Positions 56,731 to 64,000 of a DNA stretch of 64,000 nucleotides are shown here, in pieces. The stretch covers positions 320,001-384,000 of the forward strand of contig CAVYNY010000013.1 in the NCBI GenBank assembly GCA_963769935.1. The letters are read 5' to 3'. The notes beneath the pieces are model-generated. The model saw nothing but the letters and a program-made list of their open reading frames with translations. It was not told the origin of the DNA and made no database searches. Within the stretch, counting starts at the first letter, position 1, and every line of letters starts with the position of its first letter. The DNA is from an uncultured delta proteobacterium (GTDB lineage Bacteria > Desulfobacterota > Desulfobacteria > Desulfobacterales > JAFDCJ01). A program made the position numbers and the translations under genes.

Positions 56731-59193
56731 TTAAATCTCTTTTTTTTCAGACTTTCCTTTTTCCTCTTTATCCGCACCAAATTTCTGAATCGCCACTGCC
56801 AGCTCATCCAATTTACGATCGACCAGAAAGTTGATCGTTTCCGCCGGATATTTACCGTCGGTCTGTTTAGCGCCGGCCGGTTTACCGGTCAGGATCTCGA
56901 TGCCCTCATCAATATTTTTAACGGCATAAATTCTGAAACGCCCCTCTTTGACCGCTTCAACCACGTCCTTGCGCAGCATGAGATCCCTGACATTGCTCTG
57001 GGGAATCATGACGCCCTGACTGCCGTTGAGCCCCTTGTGGCGGCAGCAGTCATAGAATCCCTCTATTTTCTGGTTGACCCCGCCGATGGCCTGAACCTCT
57101 CCCTTCTGGTTCACGGAGCCGGTGACGGCGATGTCCTGCCGGATCGGCACCTCCGACAAACTCGATAGCAGGGCGTAGATCTCGGTTGAAGACGCACTGT
57201 CGCCGTCCACCCCGCTGTATGACTGCTCAAAGGCAATACTGGCACTCATGGCCAGGGGTTTGTCCTGAGCATATTTTTTCCGCAGATAACCGCTTAGAAT
57301 CAGCACGCCTTTGTTGTGGGTATTGCCGGACAGGTCGGCCTCGCGCTCAATATTGATGACCCCGGCGCGCCCCATGGAGGTGGAGGCCGTGATGCGGGAA
57401 GGTTTGCCGAACATATAATCGCCCAGTGAGAAAATCGCCAGTCCGTTGACCTGGCCGACGACCTCGCCTTCCGTATCGATCATGAGGCTGCCGCGGTCGA
57501 TCATCTCCTGCAGGCGCTCCTCCACCAGGTTGCAACGGTAGATTTTGGCGTCGATCGCCTGGTCCACATGGCGCTCGCCCACAATCGCATCGCCGGCCTG
57601 ACGGGCCCAGAAATCCGCTTCGCGAATCAAATCCGCAATGGCCGGAAAGGTGGTGGCAATTTTTTCCTGCCGGCCCGTCATCCGTACGGCCTGTTCAACG
57701 AGTGCCGCGGCTGCTGTCCGGTCAAAAGGTTTCAACTGCTCTTCATCCGTGGCCATTTTGATAAATTCCGCAAACTGCTGAATGTTCTGATCGGTATTGG
57801 GCATGGCGGTATCAAAGTCGGCCCTGACTTTAAATATCTTGCCGAGGTCCTCGTCATAATATCCAATCAGCTGGTATAAATAGGCGTCACCGATCAAAAC
57901 GACCTTAACCTTCAAATCAATGGGCTCCGGTTTCAAACCGGTCGTGGTGAAAAAATACATGGGATCGAAGGTCTGAATTTCAAGTTTTTTGCTTTTTAAG
58001 GCACGCTTCAAGGCCTGCCAGACGCCGGGTTCGATAACGGCGTCCTTGAGGTTGAAAACGAGATAGCCGCCGCTGGCCTTCACCAGTGAGCCGGCTTTGA
58101 TCCTGCTGTAATCGGTGCGCCAGACTCCGCTGCGATCGACCACGCGCTCGATGGCGCCGAAAATATTGCGGTAGTTAGGATACTCCTCGATAATAACCGG
58201 TGGACTCTTGCGCTGGCTGTTGTCAACCAGCAGGTTGACCCCGTATGGTTGAAACCTGTCGATCTCGGGCATGATCGCCGGCAGCCCCGGAATTTGAACG
58301 GCACTCTGGGGACTGAATATTTTCAGATTGTCGGCCATGTCTTCCAGCATATCCTGCAGATATTGCTTCACTTTCTCGTTACGAAATTTTTGTATGAGCG
58401 TTGCCGTCAAATCGGAGGCGGTTTTCATGAAGGTTGCGCGATCCATTTTTTCGAGCTTTTGCGCCACCTCCTTTTGTAGGTCTCTTATTTCCAAAAAGAT
58501 TTGATCGATCTGATTTCTCAAGGTGGCATGCTTCTGGCTTATTTCCTCAAATTCCGCTTTGGGAAACCGCCCTTTTTCCACCATTGCCTCGAGCTGTTCA
58601 ATGGGCACCGGCTTGTCGTCAACCAGCGGCATGACGTCCGGCTTTTTGAATTGCCCCATTTGAACGTCGACAATCGCAAACCCCTCTTCCTTTACTTTTT
58701 GATCCAGTGATTTAAAAAAGCCGTTCGCCTGGCGTTCATAGGTTTCCGTAATTTCCTTTTTCATGTTGATGTATTCCTGGCTCTCGAACAATTGCGGAAT
58801 ATCTTTCTGCAGCGTATCGACCAGCCATTTGACATCGCGTTTGAATGTGGATCCGACCCCACCGGGGAGTCGAATTAATATGGGAGTTTCAGGATCTTTG
58901 AAGCAGTTGACGTAGCAAAGATCGTCCGGCGCCTGGTCTTTTTTGGACATCTCCTCCAGCAGCCGTTTGACCGTCGCCATTCGGCCCGATCCCGCGGCGC
59001 CTGTTACGAACACATTATAACCGGGTTTGTCCATATTAATGCCGAACCGAAATGCCTGCACCCCTCGGTGCTGGCCGATGATTTCTTTGAGCGGTTTGAG
59101 ATCGGCGGTTGTTTCAAATGAAAGCCTGGCGGGATCCAGTCGCCATCGAAGTCTATCGACAGGAACCTCTGGGTACGATGTTGCTTGGGACAT
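56731..59193 (-). CDS. Lon-like ATP-dependent protease (LonC/YcbZ type)
   Basis: IIGQ.R, GAAGSGR, GQVNGL, catalytic GDSAS and GGVNQKIEGF dyad. Confidence 0.9.
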   Translation of the reverse strand: MSQATSYPEVPVDRLRWRLDPARLSFETTADLKPLKEIIGQHRGVQAFRFGINMDKPGYNVFVTGAAGSGRMATVKRLLEEMSKKDQAPDDLCYVNCFKDPETPILIRLPGGVGSTFKRDVKWLVDTLQKDIPQLFESQEYINMKKEITETYERQANGFFKSLDQKVKEEGFAIVDVQMGQFKKPDVMPLVDDKPVPIEQLEAMVEKGRFPKAEFEEISQKHATLRNQIDQIFLEIRDLQKEVAQKLEKMDRATFMKTASDLTATLIQKFRNEKVKQYLQDMLEDMADNLKIFSPQSAVQIPGLPAIMPEIDRFQPYGVNLLVDNSQRKSPPVIIEEYPNYRNIFGAIERVVDRSGVWRTDYSRIKAGSLVKASGGYLVFNLKDAVIEPGVWQALKRALKSKKLEIQTFDPMYFFTTTGLKPEPIDLKVKVVLIGDAYLYQLIGYYDEDLGKIFKVRADFDTAMPNTDQNIQQFAEFIKMATDEEQLKPFDRTAAAALVEQAVRMTGRQEKIATTFPAIADLIREADFWARQAGDAIVGERHVDQAIDAKIYRCNLVEERLQEMIDRGSLMIDTEGEVVGQVNGLAIFSLGDYMFGKPSRITASTSMGRAGVINIEREADLSGNTHNKGVLILSGYLRKKYAQDKPLAMSASIAFEQSYSGVDGDSASSTEIYALLSSLSEVPIRQDIAVTGSVNQKGEVQAIGGVNQKIEGFYDCCRHKGLNGSQGVMIPQSNVRDLMLRKDVVEAVKEGRFRIYAVKNIDEGIEILTGKPAGAKQTDGKYPAETINFLVDRKLDELAVAIQKFGADKEEKGKSEKKEI

Positions 59194-59343
59194 TTTTCCC
59201 TCCTTCTTTGGTCAGCTTCCTGCCGGCGGCCACAGGTTCAAGCTTCACCGGTCAGGGTGCCTTTGTTGAGCGATGTGTCAGCCGGAATATCTCGCAACAG
59301 CGTCGCCCCTGAAATGCGATCCATTGCGCGCTGCTCAGGGCCG

Positions 59344-59790
59344 CTATTTAATTTCAATATTGACGCCCCGGGCTTCAGCCGGCGCGCATTTCGGCAGGAC
59401 AATCTCCAATATTCCATCTTTGTAGGCAGCTTTCACTTCCGCAGTCTTGATGCGGCAGGGAAGCGCAATGGTTCTTGAAAATGATTGCGATCTTTTTGCT
59501 GACCGCTCATAGTTTTCTCCTTTGTCGACGGTGTTCTCGCGTATTTCTCCGCGCAGGGTCAGAGAGTCATCCGTAACCGAAACGCGCATATCTTCCGGCT
59601 TCATGCCCGGCAGTTCGACTCTCAAGGTAACCGTGTTCTGCGTTTCGGACAGGTCCAGCGAAAAAGATTCGGCGGTCTCCACGAGGAAAAGCGGGACCCC
59701 GAATTCCCGGCGGAACCTTTTAAAAAGATGATCCATATCACGGCGCAGCCGGTCGATCTCCTGTTTGCGCCACACGATTAATTCGCTCAT
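59344..59790 (-). CDS. Hsp20/alpha-crystallin small heat shock protein
   Basis: ELPGM, LTLRGE, F.RTIALP and A.YKDGILEI.LPK motifs. Confidence 0.9.
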   Translation of the reverse strand: MSELIVWRKQEIDRLRRDMDHLFKRFRREFGVPLFLVETAESFSLDLSETQNTVTLRVELPGMKPEDMRVSVTDDSLTLRGEIRENTVDKGENYERSAKRSQSFSRTIALPCRIKTAEVKAAYKDGILEIVLPKCAPAEARGVNIEIK

Positions 59791-59839
59791 GGGCAGGCCT
59801 CCTTTGTACGGGTGTTATAGTGAAAACAGACCGGATTGG

Positions 59840-60904
59840 TCATAACCATTTCTTTTTCTTAAACCAGAATATCATTAAGACAAAAATCGTGATCAGCACC
59901 AGCCAGAGCGCAGGGTAGGCCCAGTGCCACTTGAGCTCCGGCATGTATTCGAAATTCATCCCGTAAATGCCGGCAATAAAGGTCAGCGGAATAAAAATGG
60001 TGGCGATGATGGTTAACACCTTCATCACCTCGTTCATGCGGTTGCTGACAGTGGATAGGTACAAATCGGACAATCCGGAAAGCACATCGCGGAATAACTC
60101 GATCGTATCGATGACCTGGATGGTATGGTCGTAAACATCTCTCAGAAAGATATGGGTGGTTTCCCGGATCAGTTCCGACGGGTCCTTTATGAGGCTGTTC
60201 AGAACCTCCCGCAGGGGCCAGACGTGTCTGCGGAGAAAAATCATTTCCCGTTTAAAATGATGGATCTCTTCAAGCATCCGGGGGGTGGTGTTTTTCAGCA
60301 ACTGCTCTTCAAGGAGCTCGATTTTATCGCCCAGCTTCTCCAGGATTACGAAATAGTGATCGACGATGGCGTCCATCAGGGCATAGGCCAGGTAATCACA
60401 GCCGGATTTGCGAATTCGCCCCCGGGCTTTTCGAATCCGTTCGCGCACCAAATCAAACACATCCCCTTCTTTTTCCTGAAACGAGAGCAGAAAATGGGGC
60501 CCCAGCACCAGGCTGACCTGTTCGGCGGTGATGTGCCCGACGGTTTCATCATAAACCAGCATTTTTAGGACGATGTAGATATAATTTTCGAATTCTTCTG
60601 CTTTCGTGCGCTGGCCCGTATTGACGATATCCTCAAGAACCAGGGGATGAATTCCGAAATGGACGCCGATTTTTTCAATGACATCGGTCTCGTGCAGTCC
60701 GTCCACGTTGATCCAGGAAACCGGCGGCGTATCCCGGTAGGGAAATGACGCTTCGATGGCCGGCAGCTGTTTTTCCTGCAAGTTTTCGGAATCATAATTC
60801 ATCAGCGAGATCTTGATCGTTTCAATTTTCTTATCTCCGATATGGACCAGACTACCCGGCGATAGACCGGCTTTTTTCGAGGATTTCTTGGTAAAGCGTG
60901 GCAT
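59840..60904 (-). CDS. corA: Magnesium/cobalt transporter
   Basis: HPLVLEDI, MNEVMKVLT and YGMNF..MPEL signature. Confidence 0.93.
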   Translation of the reverse strand: MPRFTKKSSKKAGLSPGSLVHIGDKKIETIKISLMNYDSENLQEKQLPAIEASFPYRDTPPVSWINVDGLHETDVIEKIGVHFGIHPLVLEDIVNTGQRTKAEEFENYIYIVLKMLVYDETVGHITAEQVSLVLGPHFLLSFQEKEGDVFDLVRERIRKARGRIRKSGCDYLAYALMDAIVDHYFVILEKLGDKIELLEEQLLKNTTPRMLEEIHHFKREMIFLRRHVWPLREVLNSLIKDPSELIRETTHIFLRDVYDHTIQVIDTIELFRDVLSGLSDLYLSTVSNRMNEVMKVLTIIATIFIPLTFIAGIYGMNFEYMPELKWHWAYPALWLVLITIFVLMIFWFKKKKWL

Positions 60905-60988
60905 TCGAGGTCACCTCATTATTTATGGCTGTGTGTGTCAATTCGGGGCTAACTGCTCTTTAAGCCGGTAAAATCATAAACATTCCCC

Positions 60989-61516
60989 CTATCTTTGCTG
61001 AACGGATAGTAAAAGCTCCCGGCAGCGATTCAGCAGGCTGATGGATGATTGAATAGTCAGGCGCTCTTTGCGGATCAGCGGTGCTTCAAAAAAATTCGGC
61101 GGGAAAATGGTGTAATTGATCTGAATCTGGCGGTACATATTTTCAATTTGCCTGACGGAGTTCTCCAGGCTTTGAATCCTGACATCATAAAACTTGACGC
61201 GGTTTTTCGCTCGCAAATCGATAAACAGCGTCAGCAGATCCCGCTCGTATTCACAGATGGTACTGATGGTGGAGTTGGCCAGCACCGAGGAGAGAAAAAT
61301 ATTCTTTTCCTGGTTGTAGTTTTCGTTGGCACGGGCGGACGCGTCCATCTTCAGCTGGATGTCGCCGAACGCGTCTATCGTCGCCGACAGATCCGCCAGG
61401 GCAGCTTCGAGCTCCGGTCGAACGTCGGCAAACCCGACCGGCGCGCCCGCGACCGGCAGGACCGGTGAAAAGAAATACCAGACGGCCAGAAAAATAAATA
61501 CGAGTTTTCTTTTCAT
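60989..61516 (-). CDS. Secreted hypothetical protein
   Basis: Signal peptide MKRKLVFIFLAV...AGA with RBS GGAGGG; predicted helical. Confidence 0.6.
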   Translation of the reverse strand: MKRKLVFIFLAVWYFFSPVLPVAGAPVGFADVRPELEAALADLSATIDAFGDIQLKMDASARANENYNQEKNIFLSSVLANSTISTICEYERDLLTLFIDLRAKNRVKFYDVRIQSLENSVRQIENMYRQIQINYTIFPPNFFEAPLIRKERLTIQSSISLLNRCRELLLSVQQR

Positions 61517-61712
61517 TTGATGCATCCCCCTCCCATGATGAATTTTCAGCTTCAGTCCCGGCATCAGGTAGTAAAAGACGGAACCGATTTTCCCTTAATC
61601 GGCATCTTATGTCAAGCACAGTCCATGCAAAGCCGGGGAAAGTTAAATCCGAACTTCTACGACTCAGAAAATAAAGTTTTTTTATCAACTCGAATCGGGC
61701 GAACCCCTCACC

Positions 61713-62025
61713 ATGGAAAAATCACGGACATCCATCGTAAAAAAATCACTGGTCTCAGGGATACTCGTGGGAAACTATAAACTCAAGCTGCTGTTGATTT
61801 ACTGCGGTCTTTATCTGGCGGCGGTTTTGTGTGCCAGCGCCCTTAAATACCTGATCAGCTACCTCCAGACGATATTCTGCCGAAGCTTCCCGATATCGAC
61901 CCGATATTTCTCGAAGAAAGTCCGCTGCAGCGGAAAGAATTGAGGAGATGGGAACCTATGATGAGCTGATGGAGAAGAGAGGTTTGCTGTATGAACTGGC
62001 CACGGGGAAAAGCGGATCTAATTAA
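61713..62025 (+). pseudogene. Multiply deleted ABC exporter (permease plus ATPase) remnant
   Basis: TM-like IYCGLYLAAVLCASALKYLISYLQT, a short fragment LPDIDPIFLEESPL, and in another frame IEEMGTYDELMEKRGLLYELA*, a typical ABC NBD C-terminus. Confidence 0.65.
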
Positions 62026-62054
62026 TTGTCTTTTAACCTGACGCGGTTCTGATA

Positions 62055-62996
62055 TTAGACCGGTACGTATCGCAGATAAACGACGAAATTCAGGACAATG
62101 GCCACAAAACACGCCACTACCGGCGTAAAAAACCATCCAATGAATATATTCCTCAGGGTTCGACGGCTCATGGTATTGATGCCTTTAACGATGCCGATGC
62201 CTAATACCGCACCCACGACGGCCTGGGAAGTCGACACGGGCACCCCGACAATGGTGTAAAAATGAACGGTGACGGCCTCAGCCAATATCACGATCAATGC
62301 TGAAAAGGGATCCAGCTGGATGAGTTTCCGGCCGACGGTTTCCATGACGCCCCGGCTGAAAGTCAAAATCCCCAGGGCGATGCTCAAACCGCCCAACAGC
62401 GCCGCCGCAAAAACGCTCAACTGGCCGGCTCCCACAAAAACGGCGGTTACGTTGGCAACATTATTGGCACCCAGCGCATAGGCGGCATACGATCCCGCCA
62501 GGATCAGCGACGCACGCAGAAAGATATCGGAGTTGAACAGGTCGATAGGAAGCCCGTTATAGAGGGCTGCCAGTATTTTGTATATCAAGACGGCCATCAG
62601 CAGGCCCCCGATCGGCGTCCCGACCCAGCACAGGAATACCTTGCTCAGGTCGCCCAGATTCAGCTGACGGTTGATGAATCCGATACCCAGAATGGCACCG
62701 ACAGCGGCCTGTGAAGTAGAAACCGGAAGCCCCAGAAAGGTCATGACGGTCACCGTAACGGCTGCCGATACCGAAGCAACGACCGCTTTTTTTAATGTCA
62801 GACTTGTGATGCCTGCCAGGGTTTCAATGCCGGCCCGTCCTTCCAGGAGCGCTCCCAGCAGGACAAAAATAGAGGCTAAAATGGCAGCCGTCCGGAACTT
62901 GACCATTCTCGATGCCACGGCCGAGCCGAAGACATTGGCAGCGTCATTGGCGCCCAGAGACCATCCCAAAAAAATACCGCCTAAAAGAGAAAGCAT
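62055..62996 (-). CDS. pit: PiT family inorganic phosphate/anion permease
   Basis: GANDAAN, GANNVAN and two PVSTSQ motifs. Confidence 0.9.
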   Translation of the reverse strand: MLSLLGGIFLGWSLGANDAANVFGSAVASRMVKFRTAAILASIFVLLGALLEGRAGIETLAGITSLTLKKAVVASVSAAVTVTVMTFLGLPVSTSQAAVGAILGIGFINRQLNLGDLSKVFLCWVGTPIGGLLMAVLIYKILAALYNGLPIDLFNSDIFLRASLILAGSYAAYALGANNVANVTAVFVGAGQLSVFAAALLGGLSIALGILTFSRGVMETVGRKLIQLDPFSALIVILAEAVTVHFYTIVGVPVSTSQAVVGAVLGIGIVKGINTMSRRTLRNIFIGWFFTPVVACFVAIVLNFVVYLRYVPV

Positions 62997-63646
62997 TAAA
63001 CCCGCCTTTTCATCGTCATGATGTTTATCCGTTTCGACACCCTGTCGGCCTGATCTGATATTTCGCCCAGCACAATGACTATCTCTTTTAACTGCAGTTT
63101 GAGATATGGCTCTACATCGGTTTCAAAGAGTTTGGTGATGATGCGCCGCTCGATATGATCGCAGTGGCTCTCGTTTTGATCAATGGTCGACATTAAGGCC
63201 CGGACGCCCTCTTTTTTCTTGATCCACACATCAATTTGCTTGGCCATCAGATCGCAGCTTTCCATGGAAACCCGGATAAGTTCCTGAATGTCGAGGATCA
63301 AGAAATCAGGAAAGCTTAGCTTTTGCGTACGAACCATGTTTAAGACCTGCTCGAAGGAACGCGGCACCGCATCGACCTTTTCAAGCAGCGCCATAATATC
63401 TTCGCGGGATTCGGGGATCAGGGCCCGGCTGTACATGAGTTCATTTATTTCATCCCGCAGGTCGTCGGCCCGGGACTCGAACTTGTGGGTCTGCTCCATT
63501 AGAAAACAAAAATCGTCGCTGACCCCTGTTTTCAAACACAAATTCATGGCCTTGACAAAATGGTTTTGAGTCATGCCCAAATTTTCCAGGTAATTGTAAA
63601 TCAGAGATTCAAGCTGGCGCTCTTTTTTAAAAAACACACTTAGCAT
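62996..63646 (-). CDS. DUF47 / PhoU-like Pit accessory protein
   Basis: ESRADD and ESHCDHIE repeats; stop overlaps the pit start. Confidence 0.88.
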   Translation of the reverse strand: MLSVFFKKERQLESLIYNYLENLGMTQNHFVKAMNLCLKTGVSDDFCFLMEQTHKFESRADDLRDEINELMYSRALIPESREDIMALLEKVDAVPRSFEQVLNMVRTQKLSFPDFLILDIQELIRVSMESCDLMAKQIDVWIKKKEGVRALMSTIDQNESHCDHIERRIITKLFETDVEPYLKLQLKEIVIVLGEISDQADRVSKRINIMTMKRRV

Positions 63647-64000
63647 CAGAATTCACTCCTAACTTGATATTGGTTCAAAATCACATCCATTCCCCTAATC
63701 GGAACAGGCATCCGACGCCGCTCTATGGCCGGATTTTAAGCGATAGGTCCTGAAATTCTCGCAGCGTCCGTCCGCTATTACCTCTCATTTCCTCGACAAA
63801 AAAGTGGTGATACCCTACTTCATGTTGTAAACTTTTTCAACCGCCAAGCTTTCCTGTTATATGGCGGCAAAACAGAGAACAGATGGTTCTCAAACCGGAG
63901 GGCATCAGAACTCCGTCTTCCGATTTTAAGCGCATTTCAGACCTCTTTCACCTGTCGGATCTCATTTTCTCTGATTTGCACCATTGCGCTGGGCATATTT

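Noticed and set aside
63650..64000. Riboswitch or tRNA upstream of DUF47-pit
   Set aside because: No cloverleaf or known aptamer consensus seen; only a short duplicated GATTTTAAGCG.

Overview
This is a chromosomal window from what looks like a Desulfobacterota (Desulfobacterales-like) bacterium; the assignment is inferred from gene content and intergenic repeat families. Intact loci include lutABC, HDOD and PilZ signalling genes, cysK-nfeD-flotillin, an apparently acquired sugar ABC/IclR/dehydrogenase island, an MFS transporter, the PDH complex (aceE-aceF-lpdA), an FAD 2-hydroxyacid dehydrogenase plus a hydroxyacid-oxoacid transhydrogenase, an ArsB/NhaD permease coupled to an eIF2B-like protein, a PAS sigma54 activator, a hydantoinase plus HDAC pair, epmA, an MscK-like channel, a LonC-like protease, hsp20, corA and pit/DUF47. 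Four hidden signals stand out. (1) Many genes are collapsed by large internal deletions, several at apparent microhomologies and often in frame: the trp operon is reduced to about 1.5 kb with a trpC::trpA fusion but keeps its Trp3 attenuator, and fadL, a yddA-like gene, an ABC exporter and a HUH transposase are similarly shortened. (2) A 36-bp micro-element is nested in the loop of another small hairpin repeat, with empty copies of that repeat elsewhere in the window, alongside RAYT-like Y1 transposase remnants. (3) An eIF2B/R15P-isomerase-fold protein that appears catalytically dead is translationally coupled to an ion-transporter permease. (4) Several single-base frameshifts (aceF, usp, acyl-CoA synthetase) look like sequencing indels. 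No CRISPR array, rRNA or tRNA was recognised. All product calls come from motif recognition, not database searches.
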